A stretch of DNA of 64,000 nucleotides from Octopus sinensis (lineage: Eukaryota), in the NCBI RefSeq assembly GCF_006345805.1, contig NC_043006.1, forward strand, positions 7,750,001 through 7,814,000, read 5' to 3'. This document shows positions 40,264 to 52,035 of this stretch, piece after piece. The notes beneath the pieces were generated by a model. That model saw only the letters and a list, made by a program, of their open reading frames with translations. It was not told where the DNA came from and ran no database searches. How positions within the stretch are numbered: the stretch's first letter is position 1; each line of letters begins with the position of its first letter. The position numbers and the translations under genes were made by a program.

Positions 40264-40663
40264 TACTCTCTCTTTTACTCTTTTACTTGTTTCAGTCATT
40301 TGACTGCGGCCATGCTGGAGCACCGCCTTTAGTCGAGCAAATCGACCCCTGGACTTATTCTTTGTTAGCCCAGTACTTATTCTATCGGTCTCTTTTTCCG
40401 AACCGCTAAGTGACAGGGACGTAAACACACCAACATCGGTTGTTCAGCAATGCTAGTGGGAGAAACACAGACACACATACACATATATATATATATAACA
40501 TATATACGACAGGCTTCTTTCAGTTTCCGTCTACCAAACCCACTCACAAGGCATTGGTCGGCCCTGGGCTATTGTAGAAGACAGTTGCCCAAGATGCCAC
40601 GCAGTGTGACTGAACCATGTGGTTGTTTAGCAAGCTACTTACCACACAGCCACTCCTGCGCCT
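40264..40663 (-). mobile_element. SINE family B
   Basis: Reverse-complement copy. Confidence 0.9.
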
Positions 40664-41061
40664 ATGTTTATATATACGTATGATTTTGATTGTGCGTTTA
40701 TTGTGTATATTTATTTGACTGGGAATAAGTGTATCAATCATGTTTGTATTTGTGAAGGCTGGTTGAAATGAACGGCACGCTTATTATGATAGCCCTACAA
40801 CGGGGGAAAGGTATTGTTCCTTAGCAGAAATGAGCTGATCGTTCGCTATCTAACAATACCCGTGGAACATTTACATTAATATTCTTACAGTTAGCAAGAT
40901 ACCGAGATGACATTAATTAAGCCTGTGTAAATTTAAGGGTTGGTAGAAACGACTGCAAAGAATCCCTTTAATATCTTGTTGCCTGAAAAATCCGTTCATA
41001 CAACGACAATGCCATCACTAAATATTCTTTTCCATTTAGACAAACATTCTTTACGAATGAA

Positions 41062-41873
41062 CGAGCAGTATCACCCGGCGTTGCTCGGATTTGCAAGGGA
41101 AATAACTATATAAGCATTTTAGAGAGTTACTTCCCTTATATAATAGCAAAGAAAATGCATTAAAATGGAAAAAAATGATGGTAAATTATTTTTAAAATCG
41201 TTGACTCATCGTAGACGCGCGCTAATACCCAGAAGGGCTCGATATGAATCACGACTATAAGATACCCGGTTTTGGTTAAACTGCACCGCAAAATGTGGGA
41301 GTAGTTAGGAATCTAAATCGTAGGAGACAGACAGTACGCAACTTCACTTTTATATATAAAGACTAGCAGTATCGCCGGCGTTGCTCGGGTTTGTAGGGAA
41401 ATAACTATATAAGCATTTTAGAGAGTTACTTCCCTATAGATGCCAATTCGGGCTTTCTTCGCCATTTCTGTTTTGGTGTCTTCAAGCCATGAAGTGTTGT
41501 TCTAAAAGAACGCTGGTCTCCTTGACAACGCTTTACGACGTTGATTCCTTACACTCCCTTCCCCACAGCTTCACGAGGGAGGGAAGAAGGGGGAGAAGCA
41601 AACACAGGTGCAGTGTTTGAGCGTGGACGCCAACTCCGGCCGCCATCGACACACGAAAAATTATGCATTAAAATGGAATAAAAAATGATGTTAAATTATT
41701 TTAAAAATCGTAGACTTATCGTAGACGCGCGCTAATAGCCAGACGGGCTCGATATTAATCACGACTATAAGATACCCGAATTTGGTTAAACTGCACCGTA
41801 AAATGTGGGAGTAGTTAGGAATCTAAATCGAAGGGGACAGACACTCACACAACTACAGTTTTATATATACAGA
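41062..41873 (-). mobile_element. two head-to-tail non-autonomous Helitron-like elements (41363-41873 and 41062-41362)
   Basis: Minus strand 5' A|TCTGTATATATAAAA, 3' GC-rich CCCGAGCAACGCCGGCG then CTAG. The junction reads CTAG|TC. Bodies are homologous. Confidence 0.8.
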
Positions 41874-42984
41874 TATCATGTTAGCAGTAAAATGTGTATT
41901 GTGTCACATCGCGATTAAACTGCTTTTTGTCAGATTATAAATACCATTCAGTCTTTAGATTCATTCAGTGTAAATTTAAATTCTTTCTTCGTTTGTATTT
42001 GAATTATTTTAGGTTTATTTTCATACTTTGTCGAATCGAAAGATTTACATCATTTAACATCAATAAAATTGTGAAAAGGCATTCAGCTTAGAAGAGCAGC
42101 CTCTACTACTGTATATCTGGATCATAACATTAGGCTTTAACTTTCATACTTGAAAATTCAATAAATATATTCTCCACCTCGCCCTTCCAAGTCAGTTGTC
42201 TTTTCCCATAGTAACATTCAAAATCGAAGAAGCTGCATTGAGCTTTCGTTACCATTTTCTGGTCAACACCACTTAGTATTATCCTGTCTGTTTTGTTTCA
42301 TGTATTTTAGTTTAGAAGAAAAAAAAAAACATTCTGTTTCATGAAGTCGCCATTGCATCAATCTGGACTTTTTCAAATCAGATAGCAATAACACTTGGTT
42401 ATTTCATGTGGATATTCAGTGAAAAAAGATAAATTGCCGGTCATAAATACGTAATTGAACTTTTAGCTGTAATCTTTCTGAGAATATCGACTTTTGTTTT
42501 AACATGCAGCATATCCTTTGAAAGCAGACATGTTGTCACTGTTTCGATAAACCGGGAAACAATTTATGGCCAGGTAATTTGTTGACTTTATCAAAAAATT
42601 GCAAATTTGCTTTGAAAAAAGCTTTATATGTACACATCTTTTACTATGCAACTGAAAATTAATATAACGTAGTTATTTATGACTGACTTTTTAGCATATC
42701 TTAAGGTTCTGTCGCCTACTATAGGTAATAAATTAATTATATTGCAGATATAAAATATTTAACATGCAGAGACGATAACGTTTATATCTGGTTTCTTGCT
42801 TCGGTTCAATTTGCATGCTATAAACGAATAGTCGATGAAAATAATCCTCTGGGTTAGTCTTGTTTTATCTACGCCTGAGCGTAAAAGATAATATTGCAAT
42901 TTAGTCTGACATTCTACAGTCTATATAGATGCATATATCAATATAGATAAACGTAAGAAATACATTGTTTGAGTGTGTGTGTGT

Positions 42985-43028
<44 letters not shown>

Positions 43029-43409
43029 GTAGAACAAAGAAGAGAAATACAGCTGCCAACATTTTTTCATATATATTCGGCTGTAAAATTACGCAAGTGA
43101 CTCAAAGACCGTGAGTCTCGTGCATTGCACTGACCAAACTAAATTAGCAATAGTAAATCCACACTTTAAATTGGAAAGATTTATACTTTATTTTAGGAAG
43201 GTTAGATCAAAATATTACATGAGAGTCACGTGATAAATAGTAATTTTCAAAATTTGTCCGTAAAGCGAAAGGAAAATATAAATAGGCTAAATTCTTTCTA
43301 TCTCTCTCGCCTTCTCTCTTTCTCTTAATATGCCATGTCTACAGGCATCGAAGAACATCATCCTCCATACCACCTTACCATATCCTCCTCCTCCTCATTA
43401 TTATTATTT

Positions 43410-43625
43410 AGGCGGTGAGCTGTCAGAATCGTTAGCACGCCGGACAAAATACTTAGTGATATTTCGTCCGTCTTTACGTTCTGAGTTCAAATCCCGCCGA
43501 GGTCGACTTTGCCTTTCATTCTTTCGAGGTCGCTAAATTAAGTACCGGCCGAGCACTGGAGTCACTGTAATCGACTTGTCTCCTCCACCAAAATGTCAGG
43601 CCTTGTACCTCTAGGAGAAAAAATT
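43410..43625 (+). mobile_element. SINE family C variant (alternative tail)
   Basis: Same head and centre; tail CAGGCCTTGTACC... instead of the TCCTTGTTTGTCC tail. Confidence 0.75.
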
Positions 43626-43629
43626 ATCA

Positions 43630-43890
43630 TTAATATTTATTGTCTTTGCACAGCTTCTAACGCTGGAGCTCTACTACGGTGCCAGTTGTTCACTACCCGT
43701 GATCTAAGCTAACACCCCTTATTTTTCGAGTACCATTCCGACAATTCGAACGGTTCCAAGTAGTGCTGTTTTCTTGAAGTACTCCTCCCTTGTTGCAGCC
43801 CTTATTTGTTACATGTTCTCCTCGAGATTTTTACTCACTGTTGCCAGTTGGGCATGCTATGTCTATGATCCAGCATCGCTTGCTTTCTTT
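43630..43890 (-). mobile_element. R4/Dong-like LINE C-terminal fragment
   Basis: KKTALLGTVRIVGMVLEK* parallels QKIALLGTAHILRRTLSIQ* at the end of the 45814 ORF. Confidence 0.65.
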
Positions 43891-43905
43891 CTCAATTAGC
43901 ACTAT

Positions 43906-44351
43906 TCTCTTTTACTCTTTTACTCTTTTACTTGTTCCAGTCATTTGACTGCGGCCATGCTGGAGCACCGCCTTTAATCGAGCAACTCGACCCCGGGACT
44001 TATTCTTTTGTAAGCCCAGTACTTATTCTATCGGTCTCTTTTTCCGAACCGCTAAGTAACGGGGACATAAACACACCAGCATCGGGGACAAACACAGACA
44101 CAATGCTAGGGGACAAACACAGACACAATGCTAAGGGGACAAACACAGACACACAAACACACACGCACATACATATATATATGTATACGACAGGCTTCTT
44201 TCAGTTTCCGTCTACCAAATCCACTCACAAGGCTTTGGTCGGCCCGAAGCTATAGTAGAAGACACTTGCCCAAGGTGCCAAGCAGTGGGACTGAACCCGG
44301 AACCATGTGCTTGGTAGACAAGCTACTTACCGCACAGCCACTCCTGCGCCT
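43906..44351 (-). mobile_element. SINE family B with an internal ~25-bp triplication
   Basis: GGGACAAACACAGACAC occurs three times at about 44084-44155, the first two followed by AATGCTA. Flanking direct repeat TGCTTTCTTTCTCAATTA at 43881 and 44359. Confidence 0.9.
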
Positions 44352-44616
44352 ATTCGTTTGCTTTCTTTCTCAATTAACTCTATATTAATTCATTACTATT
44401 ATTATTATTGTTGTTGTTCTTGTTACTGTTGTTGTTGTTGTTGCTGTTTTACTTCTCAGAACGCTCGGCCTTGTTGGCTCCGGTAGTTTCCGTGAGAGCG
44501 AACAGCAGCCTACTTTTAGAGGTCTCAGAGCGCCTCTTTACGCACATTACTTAGTTGTTAATTATTGTGGGAGACATTCCACATCCAAGCGCCTATCTCA
44601 AATTATTATTATTATT

Positions 44617-45132
44617 AAGTGTGAGAGCAATGTATGCCATCAAAGTAACAATTGAGTAAAATATATGAAGCCCAGCATACTCATCACGACTACCCGTCTG
44701 ATAAAGGTACATCAAGCATATACATCACAACTATGCATTCATGAAATGATGATTTCATATCAAGATAAACAGCGCATGACCTTGCTAGTGGGACCCAGTT
44801 AGAACTTTTTTCAGGTCGAGTAGCACATCCCGCTCGAAAGGTTCACGAATAAGGGTTGTTTAAAGGTGTTCAACGAAATATTAATGCTTTCAGAGCCGAA
44901 TTAGTCAAACCCCAAAGAATACCCCTCAACACATGGCTATGATGCTTTTCCACTACATCTGCTCGTGATCAGATATCGTGAGTCGCCAGTGGACATACTG
45001 AAGTGATTAAGATCAAACAACTGACAGGTAAATCTGTGGTATTGAGCAGAACATTTGAGTAGCCCGTCTTTTATATCAAGACAAAACATGTACGTGATAA
45101 CATTTCCAATATCCTATGCCTGGTAGTGCATC
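44617..45132 (-). mobile_element. unclassified ~550-bp (TAA)n-flanked interspersed repeat, older copy
   Basis: Homologous to 45149-45697 and 50611-51118. Bounded by (TTA)n on both sides. Strand inferred from the (TAA)n end. Confidence 0.75.
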
Positions 45133-45148
45133 TATAATTATTATTATT

Positions 45149-45697
45149 GAGTGAGAGAGCAGTTCATGCCATCAAAGTGACACTGGGGTAAAATATACGA
45201 AGCCCAATATACCCATCATGACTACCCGTTTGATAAGGGTGCACCAGGCACATGCATCACAACCATATGTGCGCGACATGCTGATTTCATATCAAGATAA
45301 ACAGCACATGACCTTGCAGGTGGGGCCCAGTTAGAATTTTCTTCAGGTTGAGTGACCCATCCCGCTCAAAAGGTCCCTGAACAAGGGTTGTTTAAGGATG
45401 TTGAGAGAACCACCCATGTTTCCAGAGGTGAATTATTCAAACCCCAAACAATCCCTCTCAACACATGATGCTCCCCCACTACTTCTGCTCGTGATCAGAG
45501 ATGCACATATCGTCAGCCACTAAGGGACATGCTCAACTGGTTAAGGTCAAACAACTGACAAGCAAATCTGTGGTATTGAGCAGAATATTTGCTGTAGCCC
45601 ATCTTTTATACCAAGACAAAACAATGTACATGATAACACTTCCAATCAGTTAAGATCAGAAGCCATGAGAGCCACTGCCTGGTACTGCATCAGGGCA
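45149..45697 (-). mobile_element. unclassified ~550-bp (TAA)n-flanked interspersed repeat
   Basis: As above; directly abuts the 3' end of the Dong-like LINE through a short TTA linker. Confidence 0.8.
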
Positions 45698-45714
45698 TTT
45701 ATTTATTATTATCA

Positions 45715-48310
45715 TTCAGTAGTTTTATTTTTATAGCGTGCTTTCACTTCACTACCGAGCGCAGCTCTGTGTGCCTTGGGTATGTGCTGTGATTTGTTGT
45801 GATGCTCTGATGGTTATTGTATGGAAAGTGTTCTGCGTAGGATGTGTGCAGTGCCTAGTAGTGCAATTTTCTGTATGTTATATGTGTTTGTAAGTCCTGG
45901 TGTTTTTGTTATGTATTTGTCTGAATATTTTTTTATCATGCCTAATGCACCTACTATGATAGGAATTGTTTCTGTTTTCAGATTCCACATTCTAGTTACC
46001 TCTATGTCCAGGTCTTTGTATTTTGAGAGTTTCTCCATTTCTTTTAGAGACACGTTGTCATCTGCCGGTATTGATACATCAATTAGAAAGCATTTTTTTG
46101 TTCATGATCTCTGACAACTATATCTGGCCTGTTGGCCTTAATTTCTCTATCTGTGTGTATTGGCATATCCCAGAGTATGGTTGCTTTCTCGTTTTCTGTA
46201 ACCTTTTCTGGTGTGTGCCTATACCATCTTTTTTCTGTTGTTATTCCATAATGTTGGCATAGCTTCCAATGTATGTAGGTTCCAACTCTGTCATGTCTGT
46301 GAATATATTCCTTCTTAGCCAGGACTGGGCAGCTAGAGATAATATGATTTATTGTTTCTTGTCCATCTCCACATATTCTGCAGTTACTTGTAATATTTCT
46401 TTTCATTACATGTTTTTGGTAATTTCTGGTGGGGAGGCTTTGGTCTTGTGCTGCAATTAAAAATTCCTCTGTCTCTGCTTTGAGTCCTGAGCTTCTCAAC
46501 CATTGCTGGGATTTTTCTTTGTCTATTTCTTTTGCGTTTAGTTTAGTGCAGTATTTACCATGAAGGGGCTTTTCTTGCCATCGTTTTATCATGGTTCGTT
46601 GCTGTTCTATTTTTAGTTTGGATTTCATTTGTTTTATAGCTTTTGTTGTTTCTTCATCATCTTCTTCTTCTTCTTCTTCTTCTTCTTCTTCTTCTTCATG
46701 TTTATTATGTGGTATGATTTCTTGTTTGTATTTGTCAGCTTCCTTAAATACTGAGAACAGTTTTTTGTTTTGCTCGTGTTTTGCTGCTATCTGGATCAGT
46801 TTTCCTTCCTTCTGAAGTAGGTATTTTTGCAGTCCTATGGTGGTTATTTTATAGTAGTTTTCCAGCTGTATAAGGCCTCTACCACCTTCTATACGTTGTA
46901 TATATAGTCTTTCTATGTCAGATTTTGGGTGATGCATCCTAGATCCTGTCAGTATTTTCTTGTTTTCCTATCTATTTGGACAGTTCATTTCGTGTCCAGT
47001 TAAGGATATTGTAGCTGTAACTTATAACTGGGACAGCTAAAGTGTTGATACCTATTATCTTGTTTTTAGCATTGAGCTCTGTTTTTAGTATTGATCTAAC
47101 TCGTCTATAATATTCTTTTTTTATTTTCTCTTTCATTTGTGTGTGTTGTGTCTTATCTAGTTCATGGATTCCTAAGTATTTGTAAGTTTGGCTTTGGTCT
47201 AATTCTTTTATTTCATTGGTTTTATCTAGTGTGATGTTGTTACTCTTAACTAGTTTTCCTCTTTTCATGGTTACTTTGGCGCATTTTTCTAATCCAAATT
47301 TCATTTGGTAAATCCATGAACTGTCTTTAATAGTGTTTCCAGCTGTTTGTCATTTGCAGCGTATAGTTTTAGGTCATCCATATATAAAAGGTGGCTGATC
47401 GTTTTGCCGTAACATTTATATCCGCATCCAGTTCTATTTAGCATATCAGATAGAGGTGACAGTGCCAAGCAGAAAAGGAGTGGAGAGAGCATGTCTCCCT
47501 GGAATATTCCTCTTCTAATGGGGATGTCTTTGGTTTTCATGAGTCCCTCTTTTGTTTGGAGGTGTAGGACTGTTTGCCATTTATTCATAGAGTGCTCTAT
47601 GAATTTTATGATTGTTGGTGCTACTTTGTTAATGGCTAGTGTTTCGAGGATCCATGTGTGGGGGATGCTATCAAACGCCTTTTTGTAGTCAATCCAGGCC
47701 ATACTGAGGCCTTTCTTCTTTCTGTGGCTGTCTTCAGTTACGGCTTTATTAATCATTAGTTGATCTTTTTTAGCCATATGAGCCTTTGCGGCATCCTTTC
47801 TGCTCTTCTGGGAACAGTTTGTTTTCGTCCAGGTGCTTGTTCAGCCTTTGCGATATCACTGCAGTAAATGCCTTGAACATAGTAGGGAGGCAGATTATTG
47901 GTCTGTAGTATTCTGGTTTTGCTGTTTCATTTGATTTGGGAATTAAGATGGTTTTCTCCTTGGTGAGCCATTCAGGCATTGTCTCTGGCTCTGCTAGTAT
48001 GCTGTTAAAGTTTTCAGCCAGCTTTTTGTGCATTCCTGTTTGATATTTCAACCAGAAGTTGGGGATCTTGTCATGCCCAGGTGCCTTCCAGTTGCTTAGA
48101 TTTTGCAGTGCCTGGGTGACCTCTTCAGTTGTTATGGGGGTCCAAAGTTGTTCAGATGCCGAGTTTGTTATTTTGATACTCCTTTTTTTTGGCTGTTCGT
48201 TCGCCGACCATATTTCTCTCCAGAATTCTTCCAATTCTTCTGCCGTTGGTGCTGCAGTTACTTCTATTTTATTTTTTACCAGTTCTTGGTAGAACTTTTT
48301 GGGGTTGGAG
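45715..48310 (-). mobile_element. R4/Dong-clade non-LTR retrotransposon, 5'-truncated and frameshifted (RT plus restriction-like endonuclease)
   Basis: WKAPGHDKI; AWIDYKKAFDSIPH; RGIFQGDMLSPLLF; HLLYMDDLKLYA; RLYIQRIEGGRGL; CRICGDGQETINHIISSC; RHDRVG; NRPDIVV; EKLSKYKDLDIE. Both ends lie in (TAA)n. Confidence 0.93.
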
Positions 48311-48319
48311 TTATTATTA

Positions 48320-48380
<61 letters not shown>

Positions 48381-48410
48381 TATCATTATTATTATTATTA
48401 TTATTATTAC
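48311..48410. repeat. (TTA)n/(TCA)n microsatellite at the LINE 5' junction
   Basis: Read directly. Confidence 0.95.
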
Positions 48411-48922
48411 AGACGTTGCACTGTATACAATATCGTGAGAATGTTGATTGAAAATTTTGTGTCTACCGTGGCTTTGCACTGTTTGTCAAGTCACAGCAAG
48501 GACCTCAGGCAGACAGCACTTTTCGCAATATGCGTGCAGTTCCAAGTAATGCCGACTTTTGCAATACATTTAAATTGTAGGGTATTTCTAAGTTAAAACC
48601 CCACCGAGGTCCACTTTGCCTTTCATCCTTTAAGGGTCGATAAAATAAGTACCAGTCATGTATTAGGGTCAGTTTAATCGACTAGCGCCGCCCACATCTA
48701 AAAATTTCAAGCCTTGTACCTATAACATTAATATTTCAATTGGGTTTTGTTTAAAAAAATTTTTCTAGGGCTACATTGTGATATTTTAGCTGTTTCTTCG
48801 TACAGATAGCTTTTATATTTATGATTCCAGCATGTTTTCATCGTCTTTTTCTTTTCAGCTAAGAGTTTTAGCTCAGAGCTGTGGCCATGCTGATGCACCA
48901 CCGTTTAGAAACAATGTGTGAC

Positions 48923-49040
48923 ACTTACAACACCTAGGTTTCCCAAGCGGTCACCCATCTAAGTACCAACTAGGCTCGACGTTGCTTAACTTCGGTGATC
49001 GGACGAGAACCGGTGCTTTCAACGTGACATTGCCGCAAGC
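48923..49040 (-). rRNA. 5S rRNA gene copy, solitary, probably a pseudogene
   Basis: Minus strand reads GCTTGCGGCAATGTCACGTTGAAAGCACCGGTTCTCGTCCGATCACCGAAGTTAAGCAACGTCGAGCCTAGTTGGTACTTAGATGGGTGACCGCTTGGGAAACCTAGGTGTTGTAAGT (118 nt). Terminal helix can pair. No oligo-T terminator directly downstream. Confidence 0.9.
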
Positions 49041-49147
49041 AATATCACGTCTGTTCATGTCTAAATTTTCGCTTTGTTATTTTCGCCGTTAGGAATTCTG
49101 TATCCTTCTTTTCGAGTATATATTTATTTGACTTTTATATTGTATTT

Positions 49148-49532
49148 TATAGAATGTCACACACACACACACACTCACTCACACACTCACACACACAAAC
49201 AAACACACACACACATAAACACACACACACACAAGCACACACATACATATATATGTATAGAATGTAACACACACACAAACACTCACACACACACATACAA
49301 ACACACACATACGCACACAAACACACACATACACAAGCACACACACATACATATATATGTATAGAATGTAACACACACACAAACACTCACACACACACAT
49401 ACAAACACACACATACGCACACAAACACACACACATACACAAGCACACACACATACATATATATGTATAGCATGTCACACACACACACAAACACTCACAC
49501 ACACACAAACACACACAGACACGCACAAACAA

Positions 49533-49563
<31 letters not shown>

Positions 49564-49680
49564 AACAAACACACACACATACACACACACACAAGCACGC
49601 ACACATACATATATATGTATAGAATGTCCCACAAACACACAAACACTCACACACACACAAACACACACACAAACAAACAA

Positions 49681-49711
<31 letters not shown>

Positions 49712-49740
49712 CACAAGCACACACACATACATATATATGT
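49148..49740. repeat. higher-order minisatellite, five (AC)-rich units
   Basis: Units begin TATAGAATGT or a variant at about 49148, 49256, 49360, 49466 and 49617, and end AAGCAC...CACATACATATATATG. Confidence 0.9.
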
Positions 49741-50284
49741 GTGTGTGTGTGTGTGTATGTGCGTGTGTATGTGCGTGTGTATGTGTATGGGGAATTGTAT
49801 GTGCCTCTAATCTCTACGTACAGAAGTCAATGTTTATATGTTTACATGTTTCTAATTTCGTTTATTACTAAGTAGTTATGTTCTGTTGGGTTTTCAACAT
49901 ATCCTCTCAAATCGAATTCCAATATTGCACTATTGAAAGAAAGCTTTGTTATAGTTGTTTTACCATTATAAAACTATTTTCAGTATTAACCTTTTCGTGA
50001 CTATTTCCACTGAAATATATTTCTTTCGCTTGAATTAATTTGAAAATAATGAAGAATTTCCTACAATTTCAAAGTTATGAAGAATTTAGTCCTAATTAAG
50101 GTGATATTTGAAACGTAAATTGACATGGAATTTTAAAGGATATTTAAAAATCAGATCACTTTAAGAACAAGCAGTTTGCATTATAGAACCGGAGGATATG
50201 TTAGGGGTTGGTACCAAAATGGACACTATAATTTTTTTAGAATTTATATTAAGTTAGTTCTATTAATAGAGTATTCTGCGATAT

Positions 50285-50485
50285 TGCAGAATTGTTAGCA
50301 CGCTGAACAAATGTTTAGCAGTATTTCGTTTGTCTTTATGATCTGGAATCAAATTCCGCCGAGGTAGACTTGGTCTTTCATCCTTTCGAGGTCGTGTAAA
50401 TAAGTTCCAGTCTAGTTCTGGGGTCGATGTAATCGACTTACAAGCCCCACCAAAGTGCAGGCCTTGTGCCAATATTTGAACCCAT
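50285..50485 (+). mobile_element. SINE family C variant (alternative tail), diverged
   Basis: GCAGAATTGTTAGCACGC...TTTCATCCTTTCGAGGTCG...GGCCTTGTGCCAATATTTGAA. Confidence 0.75.
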
Positions 50486-50610
50486 TATTAAGGGTAAAGA
50501 TCCGTGGGAATATAGCATTGTATATTTTTTTGTTTGTTCCTATTTGGGTTCATATATTGATGCTTCTTCATTATTATAACTTTATAATAATAATTATTAT
50601 TATTATTTAA

Positions 50611-51118
50611 CCAGAGAGCAGTCCATGCCATGAAAGAGACATTGGGGTAAAATATACGAAGCCCAGTATACCCATCATGACTACACGTCTGATAAAGGTA
50701 CACCAGGCACATGCATCAAAACCATATGTGCGAGACATGGTAATCTTATATCAAGATAAACAGAGCCTAACCTTGCAGTTGGGACCCAGCGAGAATTTTC
50801 TTCAGGTTAGGTAGCCCATTCTGCTCAAAAGGTTCCTGAATAAGGTTTCTTTAAGGATGATGAACGAAACAACCCACGTTTACAGAGGAGAATTCTTCAA
50901 ACACTAAAGACTTCCTTTCAACATATGGCTATTATACTCTCTCACTACTTCTGCTCGTGATCAGAGATGCACATATCGTCAGCCACTAAGGGACATGCTC
51001 AACTGGGGAATGTCAAACAACTGACAAGCAGATCTGTAGTATTGAGCAGAATATTTGCTATAGCCCATCTTTATATCAAGACAAAATAATGTACATGATA
51101 ACATTTCCATTCAGTTAA
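50611..51118 (-). mobile_element. third copy of the (TAA)n-flanked ~550-bp repeat
   Basis: Homologous to 45149-45697; preceded by (TTA)n. Confidence 0.8.
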
Positions 51119-51330
51119 GGCGGCGAGCTAGAATCGCTAGCACCCCGGACTATATGCTTAACGGTAATTCGTCCGTCTTCACGTTTGGAGTTCAAGTGTC
51201 GCCGGATCGACTTTTTCTTTCATCCTTTCGAGTTCGATAAAATAAGCACCAGCTGAGCACTGTGGTTGTTGTAATCGACTTACCCTCCCTACCAAAGTGC
51301 AGGCCTTGTGCCAATATTTGAAATCATTAT
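51119..51330 (+). mobile_element. SINE family C variant (alternative tail)
   Basis: GGCGGCGAGCTAGAATCGCTAGCAC...GGCCTTGTGCCAATATTTGAAA. Confidence 0.75.
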
Positions 51331-51689
51331 TACGGGAAAAGATCTGTAGAAATTTCACGTTTTATTTATTTATTATTATTATTTTGCTTCTATTTGGATT
51401 CATATATTTATGCTTTTTCATAACAATGTTCCATTATGTGAAGGATAATGATTTCTTTCCATAGTTTGGGTTATTGGACGCGTAACATTTGAACGTGTTT
51501 CCTTGGGATAAATTATTTATTTCTTTGACTTCGTTCCATAGTTAAGGTTGATTAAAGTATAACGCTCCATCGTCTCCTTTCATTCGCTAAAGAATTTCGA
51601 TCTCGTTCGTTGATTAAAATCGTATCACTGGAGCACAAAACAAGCGTCAATGTATTATAGTTAATGCAAACTAGAAGGAAGCGGAGGAG

Positions 51690-51733
51690 GAGGCGGCGGC
51701 AGCAACAGCAGCAGAAGTAGTAGCAGCAGCAGC

Positions 51734-51785
<52 letters not shown>

Positions 51786-51890
51786 TTAACAATAGTAGTA
51801 GTAGTAATATTAGTAGTGGTATTATTATTATTATTATTAGTAGTAGTAGTAGTACTAGTAGTAGTAGTAGTTATAGTAGTAGTAATTCCT
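51690..51890. repeat. (AGC)n/(AGT)n microsatellite
   Basis: Read directly. Confidence 0.9.
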
Positions 51891-52035
51891 GAATATCTCC
51901 CATGCCCGCTATATTAGTGTAATATTTGCAAGCTGTCCCTACATATCGTCGTTTATGTTAATCTAAGTTGTGATATCTGTAGGAATCGCAGATTTTCCTG
52001 AGAATATAAACCAACTATTCAATACTTCGAATTTA

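Noticed and set aside
45640-45697. Possible HDV-like ribozyme at the 5' end of the 550-bp TAA element
   Set aside because: I could not build P1, P1.1 and P2 pairings by eye. An RNAMotif search would be needed.
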